DNA of 22,266 bases from Selaginella moellendorffii (GCF_000143415.4 NW_003314310.1:195541-217806), one strand, 5' to 3'; shown: positions 8,714 through 21,200, counted from the stretch's first letter. Program-made: numbers and translations. The notes: generated from the sequence alone by a model not told the origin.

Positions 8714-11700
8714 TCAAGCTCCTGGTCCATCTTCCACAGCCGTATACATCAAGGAGGCATTGGGCCCATCACTCCGAGATAGTACACCTTTCAATTGGCT
8801 AATATAAAATACTAGATGAATTTTCACCCCAGCTGGCAACTGCACCTGATAAGCCGCTTTACCAATGTGCTCCAGCACTTCATATGGACCAGCATATTGA
8901 TGGGAAAGTTTATCACTCTTCTCTATCCGTAAAGGCACCAAGGTATTCCACTGCTCACTTGACGGAAAGATCACTCGCACAAAGATGAAATCACCCACCT
9001 TATATTCCCGGAATTGGTGATGCTCATTGGCAAACTTCTCCGCTCTATCTTGAGCTACTCGCAAATTCCATTTGCACACCACCAGAATCTCATCAAGTTT
9101 CAAATGCAATCCCAACTCCACCGCTATTCAAGGATGCCTTCCAAACATGGCAAAGTAAGGATTTAGTTTGGTTCCATTGTGTTGGCTATTGTTGTAAGCA
9201 AATTACACCAACAGAAGATATAGATCCCACTGTCCTTGCCTTTAACCAATGCTACAACGTAGCATATCCTCCACCACCTGATTCACACGCTTGGTTTACC
9301 GATCTGTCTGAGGATGATCTCCAATCAAGAGTTTCAAAGTCACTTACATAGCCTTTGCAAAACTTTTCCAAAATCCACTGGTGAACTTTGAATCTCGATC
9401 ACTAATAATGTCCTCCAGCAAACCAAAATCAGGAAAAACCTTCTCCAAGTAAACTACAGTGAAGTCTGAGGCAATGATAGTCTTCTGAAGAGCCAACAAC
9501 CACACATACTTCGTCAATCGATCCAATATGACCTATACTTGCTTCTTTTGCCTCTATGTTTGTGGCAAACAAGTGATAAAGTCTATAGAGATACTACACT
9601 AATGGCTCTGAGGAATAGGTAAAGGTTGCAAAAGTCCCCCTAGCTTCTCCCGTGGCACCTTAACCCACTGACAAAGCTCGCATGATTTACAATACTTGAG
9701 GATATTACTTTTCATATTCCTCCAATAAAAATTGCACTTAATCAACTCATACGTGTTCTTCCCCCCAAAATGACTGGCTTCTGGACGATCATAATAGTGG
9801 AATAAAACTTGAGTAATTAACGCATCCATCTGTGGCAAATATACATGGCCATTGTAATAGAGAATCCCATCCACCAATGAGAAAGGGGCTTCTATCTAGT
9901 CTTGCAAAGATGCCACTTTAGCATCCTGAGCCTGAGCATACTCAACCAACTACCCAAACTTGCTGACCACCTTACTCAAGTGATGACAAAATTGTGTTTG
10001 TAATGTCGTCACATGACAAACACGAGATAAAGCATCTACCACCACATTTGATTTCCTGGACGATACTCAATAGGAAACTCCCTAAAATCCATGAGTTTGA
10101 CCATCCAACGAGCTTGCCTAGTGTTCAACTCCTTTTGTGTGAAAAGATACACAAGTGGTTTATGATCTTTCAACACCACGAACATCATATGTGGAATAGC
10201 GTTGCTCCGCGGAATTCAAAGTTTGACTCTCATATGCAATAGGCTGTCCCTCTTGCATGAGAACTCCTCCCAGTGCATAACCACTCGCATCGCATGTCAC
10301 CTTGTAAAGTTTCGATGGATCAGCAATGCAAAGCATTGGAGTCTCACTTAACAATCGTTTCAGTGCCACAAAACTCTCCTCTTGTGGCTTCTTCCACTCG
10401 AATGGCATATTTCTTGCGTAACAACTGCATCAAAGGAATAACCACCTCTGCAAACTTATGCTGGAAACATTGGTAGTAACTAGCTATACCAAGAAAACTG
10501 CGCAACTTGGCCACTATACTCGGTGTAGGCTAATTTTCCATTATAGCCACCTTCCTTGGATCCGTCTTGACACCCTTAAATGTCACAATATGGCCTAGAT
10601 ATTCCACCTCCGACTTTGCAAACTCACATTTGCTCTTCTTTGCATAAAGTTTGCTGTCTCAGAGTAACAAAAGAACCTTGCACAATGCACCTTATGCTCC
10701 TCCATATTCTTGCTAAAAACAAGAATATTGTCCAAGAAAATCTCCACAAACTCATGAAGATGACGCCCAAATACCTCCGTCATCAACTGAGTAAATGTGG
10801 CTGGTGCATTCGTCAAATCAAATGGCATAACTGTAAACTCAAAATGTTCAAAGCTTGTGTTGAATGCCATCTTGGAGATACATGCATCATCCATTGCAAT
10901 CTGATGATATCCACTCCTCATATCAATCTTGGTAAATAGTCATGCTTCCCCAAGCTTGTCTAGGATATCATCCACATGNNNNNNNNNNNNNNNNNNNNNN
11001 NNNNNNNNNNNNNNNNNNNNNNNNNNNNNNNNNNNNNNNNNNNNNNNNNNNNNNNNNNNNNNNNNNNNNNNNNNNNNNNNNNNNNNNNNNNNNNNNNNNN
11101 NNNNNNNNNNNNNNNNNNNNNNNNNNNNNNNNNNNNNNNNNNNNNNNNNNNNNNNNNNNNNNNNNNNNNNNNNNNNNNNNNNNNGGTAAATTGGCCGCGT
11201 CCTCGACTCCAATGTAATCCCATGCTCCACACCTTGTAATGGAGGCAACTTATGAGGAGGTTCAGATGGAAAAACATCAAAAAACTTGTCAAGTACATCC
11301 CGTACTGTTGCTTCTCCCCCACACATGCCTTGGTCCCCCAAGTCACAAACAAACAGCAAGTAACTCGAAAGTGCTTTTCCATTATGACAAGCCGCTTCAA
11401 AGATGTAGCACAGAGCAGAACAACTGGTGGTTGAATGCCCTTGTCAAACCACACATCTTTAACACTATCATACTCCAGCTAGACACGCTTAATACTCCAC
11501 TTTATCTTTGAATCCACCTTCACCAACCATGGCATCCCAAAAATGAGATCCACACAATGGATATCCACGAGATAAAAAGTCTCCAAAAGTGTGGTTTTGC
11601 TAACCAACACTTCCAGCTCCTCGACACAAGCATCGAAATGCTGAGCAGAGGTAGCTGCACCTTCCATCGTGTATGGAAGAACTCCACGTGTGACCAGGCC

Positions 11701-11928
11701 ATGCTCCGCAACAAACTTTGCCGAAACAAAGTTGTCATCGCTCCCACTATCCAGTAAAATCCACACTAGATCGCCACGGAACACGCCCTCTAGCACTAAA
11801 GCTGATTCACGAGTATCCTCAAGCTCCATCTTGTTCCATACACAGTTGAGTTGACGAGCAATGATCAAAAGTCTCTTCCTCCGACCAGAATGGTCGTTCT
11901 CGTCATCTTCACACTGCAAAGTTTGCAA
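8714..11928 (-). pseudogene. pol: Gypsy pol remnants: protease, reverse transcriptase, RNase H, integrase
   Basis: LLDSGSDDNFVS (PR); RSGYHQI...FTVMPFDLTNAPATF...FLDNILVFS (RT, with the YxDD motif decayed); VTCDASGYALGGVL (RH); HFGGKNT...CELCQ and IISDRDSKFTSGFW (IN); YAGPYEV...IHLVFYISQLK (GPY/F C-terminus). Confidence 0.92.
10979..11184. other. Assembly gap (206 N) inside RT
   Basis: Run of N. Its size roughly equals the RT segment expected between RPIY and HVDDILDKL. Confidence 1.
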
Positions 11929-12000
11929 CTTTTTAGTATCTAACTTACTGTGAGTAGAAGATTGGCCATTCTTCTGGTCCTACTGCTTGTTCTTCACTGT

Positions 12001-12634
12001 GGACAATCAGCCTTGTAGTGTCCAAGTTCGCCACAATGATGACAACTTTGTCTATAATTCTTCACAAAGAACTTCTACTTCTTAGACCCCTTTGCATCCG
12101 AAGTAGTCACCACTGACTTCAACTTGTGATGCTTGTTCCCATCCTTGTGTCCACGGCGATCATCACAACGATTCTCGACAAAAGGACTCCGCGAACGCTT
12201 GCGAGACTTGTGCTTGTCATTGTCAAGTCGACGAGCTGCATCAAAGAGCTCCTCCAAACTCTTTGTAGGCTGAGAATGACGCAAGTGGTGCCGCATGCTC
12301 TCACTATGTAGGCCATCAATGAAGTAGGACTTGTTCTGATCTGGATCCTTCGTTGGAACACGACTAATCAAGCGAGTAAGCTTCTTAATAAAGTCCCTGA
12401 GTGTCATTTTCCCTCGCTGGAAATGTTGAAGTTCTGTATGAGCATTCTTCATATCGTAATGAGGGGCAAAATGTAAACGGAAAGCAGCCTCAAACTCATC
12501 CATGGTAGACACTGGTGGTTTCTTATCCGCAACACAGGACTCCTCAAGCCAATTCCACCATCGAAAACCCACATCACACAAAACCATTGGAATAACCACT
12601 AAAGCCTCTGCATCTAGAGGTCCCCTAACAGCCA
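12001..12634 (-). pseudogene. gag: Gypsy gag remnant with CCHC zinc knuckle
   Basis: FRWWNWLE...FEAAFRLHF...YFIDGL in ORF 12075..12719. Knuckle CHHCGELGHYKADCP at ~12045-12001, after a stop. Confidence 0.85.
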
Positions 12635-12874
12635 CACAGTGGAGTGGTGGTGCAGTGGAGCTTTTGAGGTAGCTCGGGGGTGGTTGGGTGGTGAGGAACC
12701 TCAAGAGGTGGTGTAGCATAGTTTAGGGTGACTAGATTTCTGTCTTTTTGCGCCGGATCATAACATTGGTATCAGAGGAGTTAGTTGCGATGGTCGACCA
12801 AGCTGAACGCTGGAATCCTATTGCCGATGATGGTGCCGATGAAGCTGTGGAGATTTGGACCATTCAAGTTCAAG
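12635..12874 (+). mobile_element. Inverted internal segment of the Gypsy element: distal 5' LTR (ends ...ATAACA at 12765), PBS, gag N-terminus
   Basis: 12635-12667 on + equals the LTR continuation seen on - at 8537-8505. PBS TGGTATCAGAG at 12767-12777. ATG at 12790 opens MVDQAERWNPIADDGADEAVEIWTIQVQ. Confidence 0.85.
12767..12777 (+). other. Primer-binding site for initiator tRNA-Met
   Basis: TGGTATCAGAG one nucleotide after an ...AACA LTR end. Confidence 0.9.
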
Positions 12875-12975
12875 CCCTAGGGTAGGGTTGAGTCCTTTAC
12901 CTTAACATGCTTTAATATACCCTTGAGCCTCCCTTTGACCGACGTTGACCACGTGGTCAAAGCTGGCACCTAACA
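12875..12975 (-). repeat. 5' LTR, proximal non-inverted part
   Basis: Direct repeat of 8540-8640. Starts TGTTAGG. Contains a TATATTAAA-like box and the palindrome TTGACCACGTGGTCAA. Confidence 0.88.
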
Positions 12976-13663
12976 TCTTCATAATTCTGTCTTTCTGCGT
13001 GCTCCATCCATAAATGCCTGCATCCAAATCCCCGAGACATCACTTGTATACCTTTGTGCATCTCCTTGCTATCTATCCTCCTTGTGCTTCTAGAACCACT
13101 AGCCTATTCCTCTTGCTAATGGTTTTATAGAAATACCTCCATGCTTTTGAACAATCTCTGATTTTGGGCGGCACTCTTGCAGGCTCTTTCAGCAATGTGA
13201 CCATCTCCTTGGTCACAACTCCAATCGTTCTATCCTACAAGTTATCATAGTCATAAAACAAAAAACAAAAATGAACCACAGCATCCATTTGAAGTGAGTC
13301 TGGATTTAAGAGATCGGTGTTTGTGGACAAACAAGACTATGTCGCATGCTTGCTTGATATCCAACAAGATCTTTGCTTTGAAATGATTTTCTCTGTCCGA
13401 TGGCTGATCACTTGCAGCCTGCAATGCACCACAAACCAACTGGAACACGTGGAAGATCTACCAGCGTGACATTTGGCAAAAGGATTTTCAGTCTGATTTG
13501 CTTGTTGGAGACTCCTTTCTTGTCACCAAGAACCAAAAAGAAGAAGAAAAACAAATCATAAGCTCACATTGTATGAGAAAGAAAGACACTGATCTACTTG
13601 TGGCTCCCGACTAAGAATGAAATACATTTATATTGTAGTTTATATTTAACTTTTAATCTTTAG

Positions 13664-16528
13664 TCAAATAGCATCTTTATGAACAAACGTAGCCTCCACC
13701 AACCATGAATCAACGAAAGCCAAGATGTTATCTTTATCGATAACACCAAGCAAAGCCTTTGTGCCAAGATCCACTTTCATTTTCTTTTCACCTCTTCTAA
13801 TAGAAGCTCGACTGCTGCACGCTTCCTCCCTCAAATAAAGGTTACCTAACTGCTTCTTCAGATTAACATCTGTAGAAACCAAGAGTTTAATGCACCCATT
13901 ACGAGCTAACTCTCGAAGAGAGTCAGCACCAGTAACTTCAGTTGGGGTCGGTGTACTCTTGTGTTGGAAAAGCTTGTTCAGATCCAAGGTATAAAAAGCA
14001 TTATTGACTTCACCCTACAACAAAAGAAAAAAGTCCAATTACATCAAAAGATGACATGTTGCTTACCTGGTAAAGCGCCTTACTTGTCTTAACTTGCACA
14101 AGAACGGGAACAAGGATCATCGGGTGTTGCTGCTGCGAGGTGGAGCAAGCAGTGTCAGTCTCTGAGACTTGTCCTTGACCACCTCCATCTCCCTCCGACA
14201 TGTCTAGAAAAAACAAGGCGTCTGGCCCAAATCCGGATTCTCCTGTCCATAAAACGGATGGGAAAATGTCCCTCTCCTTGACAGCATTGATGTACTCCTG
14301 CAGAGTATATCTTGATGCGTTGACATCATACACATCTGAGCCTTTACTATGCTCGTGTCTCATCTGCGCCACTTGTTCACTGTGGATCCTTGGTTTCACA
14401 AGCTTCGCTCTTCTAGTGTAGATTTCTGGAATCTCTAACTCATGTGAAGTGACCGTGTACACACCATCTTGAAGAAACCTAGAGATCAAATTTGCAGGTT
14501 GCATCCCGTCCATTGCGTTTGCAATCATCTCCACTGCAATCATTTCGTATCCGTGCCCAACTCCGCTGCTACTTGACTGGGCGTTATAACAATAAGCAGT
14601 ATCCGCTATACTCGATAGGCCTGCTGGTTCGCCGACAGTTAAATAGTGCCACAAAGAATGGAGAACCAGAGGCTCCTCAATACGCAATAGAACGTTCGCT
14701 GTGTCTGACTCGTCCTTCCAAGAATCCAAATCTTGCATTTCAAGCGTCCGACGGCCATCCAACCTCGCTAGTCCGTATTGAATTAAACTCAAGCTGGGGT
14801 TCTTGACAGCAACATACGTAGCATTCAATCCATAGAACTGATGGAAGAGTATAAGACTCAGTTTTTCGAGAGCCAGGGGATGCTTCCGAAAAAAGTCTTT
14901 TACACTTGTGTAGACTGTTCTGTCAAGAAAGGGCGAACTCCGTCCCAAAGTGTTAACTGCCATTGGCCTGTACTCTGTAGTAGAAACCTCTTTGGCGTAT
15001 TCAACGAAGTAAGCAGTTGCGTTGCTGAGCGGTAGCTTTTCAGAGATAAACGATTCTAATGCTGAAACGAAAAACCTATACCGCCCCTTGTATAGCTGGA
15101 AGACCCTGTGAAAATCCACCTGTGATGTATCTTCAAGGATCCGACTAGCATAATCCTTCAGGTCGGCCTCCTCATAAAATCCCCCAAAGTGACAGAACAC
15201 TGCAACTGAAAATCTCTGTTTGAGTGTAGCAGAAATATTGCGTGCAACAGAAACCATACTTCCTCCTGTACCAGAATAGTAGAACGTGCTTGTGCGAAAC
15301 CCAGCATCGACCAACACCGGCACAAACACATCCAATAGAGATCTTGTTCTTGACCCAGCTGTAGGTGAATCAAACCTATTCACCAAGGTGTCCTGCACCA
15401 CCTGGCATTCGTCGAGTATAATCGGCCCACTCCAGTCCCTCTTGTGTGTCTCGATCAAACGATCAAATACCTCTTCGATCCCAGTGTCACTGGATACTAA
15501 CTCGAGTAGTCTATCACTTAGAACGTAGAACGGGTCATTCTTGAAGGGTAGTAACGCAAATCCAACCTGCTTAAACAACCAGTACTTGGCCCAAACCTGA
15601 GGTGGCATGCTTCCTGCTACCTCCTTCAACTTGTCTAAGATGAAGAATCTGCTGAGAAGAACAGCTTTGAAGCAGCACCGCGTCACGCGCATCGGAATTG
15701 ACTGGTTTCCTGGATACAGAACCATTAGCCGACTAACCAGCGCATCCAAGTCTGCAGAGCCCTCCGATCCAATCCGTCCCATAGGAACACCAACAAAATA
15801 CAGAGCCAAACGGTCGACTGCAATCTCATATAGTGTTCGAGTCTTTCCAGAGCCAGAAACATCGAAAAGGACCACCAGGCCAGGACGGGCTATATCCACT
15901 TGATCCAGAATGTATTTGGAGGCCCGAAAAGGCTCCTCGAGGCAATGCCAGAGAAGGCAAGGTTTGCGACTGCCAGGAGCTTGAGGAACCGTCCCTTTGC
16001 AAACGTCTGGATAACTGGCCTTAAAATGACTTGGCTTAGGAAGTTGTCGATCTGCTCTATGTATCTTATTCCATACTTGGTCCAAGATAGCTTGCACATC
16101 TGCTTAATCAAAATCAAACAATTAGGCTTTGAACGAACACATAGAAAGGCAAGGAGACCAATGAACACTTCGTCAGTACACCAGAGAAGCACACACACAA
16201 CATAAATCTTACCAGAATCAGTGGCAGTGGCAGGCGCTGCAAAAACAAAATTTGTCAGCGATGGAAGAACAAGTCAAGAACAAATCCAATGCCTACCCTT
16301 GAGTAAGATAAGCTTTTCTTCCCTCAGCTGGCTCTCCTTTTGCCTCAGCTGGCTCTCGTTTTGCCTCAGCTGATCCTCCCTTCTCCGCCAGTACCGCTTC
16401 TCCTCAGCATCATTTGTTGCCTTCAGCTGCTCCTCAGCCTCACATATTTGCGTCAGGACTCCCTCTATTTGCCTTTCGAGGCGGAAAATCAGCCCATCCA
16501 CCGGCAAGGGCTCAGAGCCAGACGCCAT
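13664..16528 (-). CDS. Crinkler-like (CR) coiled-coil + P-loop NTPase + nuclease gene, copy 2, complete, ~879 aa. Exons 16528-16297, 16236-16213, 16099-14067, 14014-13664.
   Basis: Same splice sites as copy 1 at offset +13706. Exon lengths 232+24+2033+351 = 2640 nt = 879 aa plus TGA at 13666-13664. The last exon reads GEVNNAFYTLDLNKLF...HKDAI*, in frame with ORF 13664..13987. Confidence 0.78.
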
Positions 16529-18202
16529 CCCCACTCCTAACCCTAATGCAAATCAGGGCACGGATGAGGAACGGTTCAGATCTCAAGTGAATATTCCTGA
16601 ATCAGAGTTATAATTTATCCAGCTTCCAGATGAAGAAAATCTCAGGGTGGCGTGAAAAGGTGGCCAAATTTGGGCCCGTACGTGGATATTCCCTCCGTAC
16701 GGAGCCATCTTGAAGAAATGAGGTATATTCTCTTCTACCAGATTGGCAAGACAAAAAACCCTCATCTTAAACGTTTTTAAGCACCACAACTTTTTTATAA
16801 TAGTATTTTTTTAAAAGAAAGGTAATTACAAAACTATTGTAATTTAAAATAATCAAAACTTAACAAATATATTCTTAAAGAAAAAGAGTAAGAAAATCTA
16901 GCTTTATATAATTTGATATGGGTTTAAATTTAGTTTCTCATAACTTACCTTAGTGCCAATGGCAGCAACCCTGTCCACAAACTTGCTCCATCATTACCAA
17001 TGTCACCTTGGTCCAAACAATGAAGCTATTGACTTTTTCAACATCTTTCAATCATCTCTTTCTAGTCCATCCAGAGTCTAGGAAGAATTCTAGCTGAAAA
17101 TCTTTCTAGACTTGATTATTGCTTTCCTTATATCATTTTTTCTGTTCTTTCTAACAGAGAAGTCTTCACAGACACTGTTAGAAGCCCATACTACATTGGT
17201 CCAGAAGTTCTTTGAAAAACGTCTTGTCCTTTCTCCATAGTGTGGACCTGAGGCAGTCACCTTGTTGCTTGTTGGAATCTGAGGTTTGGGACGTCCTGAA
17301 TGCTGGAGGATTTTCTCTTCTTGTTTGTACCATCTCTAATGAAATGACAGGCAAACGCTGATAACAGCAGAACTACTGACTACAGTGACACTACAGTTAC
17401 ACCACGGATGGATCGGGTCTGCATGGAACCAGAAACTGTTGAACCAATCGAGCAGTCCAGAGGAGAATAGTCACAAGGCTGAGAGCTCATTCGGCTGTGT
17501 GAGACATAAGTCAGTTCCTTTCATGTCGATGTCCTGCACAAAAATCTCTGGATTGATTTCTCAGGCTTGGTCCAGATGGATGGATCATGAGTGATTGGAT
17601 CTCACAGAAGTTCTTGGGGTGACTTTTGTATTTCAAAACATTCAGTCAATTTACCTATAAGTGGTTGCAGATATTTGGTGATCATTCATTGGTTTGAAAC
17701 TTCCAGTAATCTCCACTTACAAGAAACTGGTTTTGCAAAAGTGTTCTTGGTGCCTGGCCTGACTGTGGTGGTGAAAATGTGGAGTAGCAACCATGCAGTA
17801 ACTTTGTTCATCACTCTCCAGACTATGAGATGCAATTTCATAGCATGGATTTTAATACTAGTATATCTGAAGTAAGTTTATCTTGCTAGTGGAAACTTAA
17901 GACACTTCGTGACTTATTTTAGGATTTCTTTCAAATGATTCTATTTACTCAAGCAAGTTATTAAGGAGGATGGTGTTGGTTGAAGCTAGATATTTATTGC
18001 GAATGTGACTTTGGGTATTGAAAGTTATTTGTCGGGAGCCGGGTAGGTTTTGAACTCATGACTTCTCAAACACAAGGAAAACATTGGCTCATCCCGAACC
18101 AACATCTTTTCATTTTTCAAATTTTGATTTAATCTATATTTCCAAGTAAATATGATTACTAAAAATACAAATACAAATATAGATTCAAACACTAAAAAAA
18201 AT

Positions 18203-21200
18203 CTAGAAACACTTCTTAAGCTTTGCAATTGTAAGGCTTGTCTGATGGATCTGATGGTCAACCTTAGGATCTTGGTTTAGTTTCTGCATAAAAATACAAT
18301 AAATGTGCTTGCAAGCTAAATATACCTTTCCTTTGTTCTCCCTTTGTGTAAAATCTGGACAGGTACAAGATGGATTTTCACAGATTCTGATAGTGTCGTT
18401 TGTACCCTTTGACAACTTAGTTATAACAATGAACTCCATAGCCACGGCACTAATGTAGTTTATCCTTGTTATTGTGCACTTCAACGCCTTTTCCAACTTG
18501 ATTTTCTCTTATGCACCTTTTAAAATGGAAGACATATATTGTACATCCTCCCCATTTCTAGCTGGTCGTGTATGCTGGTTTAGTGTTGACATTGGTGGCA
18601 TAGCAGTATCAATAATACTCAACTGGCTACTCCTCTAGCATAGAATTTGGCTTCAAGATAATTGAGCTGAGGATCCAGTTTGTATGAGTAACATCAGTCC
18701 CACAACAATAAATCCAACTTGACTAGTGACCCTTTACCCCTAAATCTTGACAGCCCTAGAAATATGGTACTACTGAAGAATTTGAACCTGAGCACACAAA
18801 TGCAAGACACTGACCTCGACTTGCAATCAACGTGCATTACTCTTGGCATTGACTGTTCAAATTGCCTAGTTGATACGAGAAACTAGCTCATAAGCAATAA
18901 TCTTCTCAACCTATGCATTGGATTTACTTGTGTAACAATTGACACCTCCTCCACTCCATGTTCCTTAGCTCTTCTCTAGTGTCGTGGAACAGAATGGTAG
19001 TTAAACTCTGGATGGTGAAAGCTAGAATGAGTGATGTTGGGCCCATCAAATATCTGTCGACACTTCACACGGGCTGTCCTCATTTCTCTAAGTGGTTCAT
19101 AATTTGATTCTATAGGAGTTCTAGTAACAACTTCTTCCACCATCTTAGATATTGACCCTGTTGTTAGTGTTGTCCTTCTACCAACTTGCTTTCAAAGCTT
19201 GTCTAAGTTTGGACCTATACCAGCAAACCTTGCTTCTTGTGTAGCCAAAGCTTTTGATGACTGTTTAAGAGATCTAGTGAGGTCGGAAAGCATAGCTTTA
19301 TAGAAGGACACTTTTCCTTTCCCTGCTTTCAGAAGCTCTCCAACTCCAATGTTTGCTCTTAGATAGATTAATTGTTGGTGTAAGTGCAATGTCATCAAGT
19401 GGTTGATCTTAGGAAAAATGCAACATTTGAATGTGACAATTAAAGAAAATCAGAGAAAACTTGCATGGAGAATATAATGGCCCCACTGAAACATTCAAAC
19501 TTCCTACCATACAACCTAGCATTCCATTTGTGAAAGGTGTTCAATTGACACTTTGTCTCCTTCATGCCACCATATGCATATCTCATTTACTTTTGCCTTG
19601 TGCTCCTTTTTAGTTAGTGCATCCATTCATTCCTGACAAAGCTGTTTGAACTCATGATGGAAGCTAGACTTGATGCATCGGCAATGTTCATTGACATTCT
19701 TTGCCTAATGAAACTCACATCTCTTCTCTCTACCTTGTAATGGCTGACTTTTATCACCTCCAAATATTTGTTATACAGTCAACCAATTAGCACCAATAGC
19801 ATCTTCCATGAAACCACAGAAGTTGGGTTTCTTCCCTCTTTGTTGTTCAACAACCTTGGACATACATGTCCAAAAGATGGTTTGAGCTTGGAAATCTTAA
19901 ACCTTGAATTCGGCTATAGCTATACTCAAGTTGCACTGCAACCTATAGAAGGAATGGTTATAATGTAAATCAATATGAAATCCTTAAAAATGAAAAGCTA
20001 CCTACTTGTGATGATAAGTTCCCATCTCCATCCATATCCATTTATTGTACAAAGTCTAGACCAGAAGTAAGACCAAGGGTAGACATTTTAAAGATGAAAA
20101 GGCGTTGATTGTTTGAAGTCACTTGGCCAACGAACAAGCTTCCATGAATAAATTTATAAGGACATTTTTTCTTTAGCTCCAAAATCCCATCAAATCTAAA
20201 TTGAAGCTTACCATTTCGCCCTTCTCACATCTAGTTCTTTATTCTACCAAAAAAAAAGAGAGTTATTAGTGATAAAGTAGAGTTAAGTATTAATTTTATA
20301 CCTGTTTAAATTTGTCACGGGTTCTATATTTCGAAGTAGGTCCTTCAAGCTATTCTCCATGAACGCTTTTAAACATGAGCTCCCATTGTTGACTACACTA
20401 AAACTCATTCCATGTGGTCGAAATGAATCCAGAAATTAGCCAAGTCTCCATCTCCATCCATATCCATTCGTTATACAAGGTCCATATGAGAAGCAGGACC
20501 AAGGGTGGACATCTTAAAGATGAAAGGGCGTTGATTGTTTGAAGTCATTTGGCCAACAAACAAAAGTTCCCATGAATAAACTCATAGGGACATTTTGTTT
20601 TTAACTCCAAAATTGCATCAATTCTAGATTGAAGTTTTCCATCTCACCCTTCTTGCATCCAATTCTTTATTCTGCCAAAAAAAAAATGTTTCTATAGTGA
20701 TAGTAGAGTTAAGTATTAATCTTATACCTGTTTAAATTTGTCACGGGTTTTATATTTCGAAGCAAGTCCTTCAAGCTGTTCTCTATGAACTATTTTTTGC
20801 TATCAGCTTATAGCAACATATCCATTATATAGTCCTTTAGTACAGATTATTGAACACACTTTGGAGTTGCAGAACTTTTTTTCCTAGCCTCTATAGTAAT
20901 AGCAACTTTCAAATTGCAAAAAGAACCATGGCGGATTCCTTCCTCTATTACATGTTGGTGGTATCCAACATACACTGCTGCTCTACTTAAACATCCATCT
21001 CGTGAAAGAAAATAATACATTTTTGCATCGCAACATGCTTGATACACAAGTGTTGCCCTGCATTTGCGACATCTAAACCTTGTAACAACCTCATCATGCC
21101 TAGACGGATTGATCGCTAAGCCTTCAAAGAAACACATATTCTTGCCATGATCAAAAATGCATTTCTCACTGACACACTGAAGCTGTCCACCACAATGGAC

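Larger units (their letters stand above)
8505..12975 (-). mobile_element. Degenerate Ty3/Gypsy LTR retrotransposon (gag-PR-RT-RNaseH-IN)
   Basis: Domain order PR, RT, RH, IN is diagnostic of Gypsy. LTR starts TGTTAGG at 12975 and 8640. PPT and PBS present. Many stops and frameshifts. Confidence 0.93.
1..13709. repeat. Tandem segmental duplication, unit 1 (period ~13.7 kb; true unit boundaries not resolvable in this window)
   Basis: Position 1 matches 13710. Colinear identity continues to 9409 vs 22266, with indels. Confidence 0.9.

Noticed and set aside
8641-8800. Integrase chromodomain
   Set aside because: Only ~150 nt lie between the VFYISQLK motif and the PPT, with no recognisable chromodomain residues.
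10979-11184. Duplication as purely a scaffolding artefact of two haplotypes across the gap
   Set aside because: RT is colinear across a gap of about the expected size, and the right-hand contig alone already has Gypsy sequence on both sides of the gene. Considered unlikely, but not excluded without long reads.
12635-12874. A second, plus-strand LTR element nested in the Gypsy
   Set aside because: The segment supplies exactly the missing LTR end, PBS and gag start of the host element, so an inversion is more parsimonious.
12976-13660. Possible gene fragment downstream of gene copy 2 (ORF 13251..13448 and nearby frames)
   Set aside because: Only short frames, with no recognisable domain or consistent splice model.
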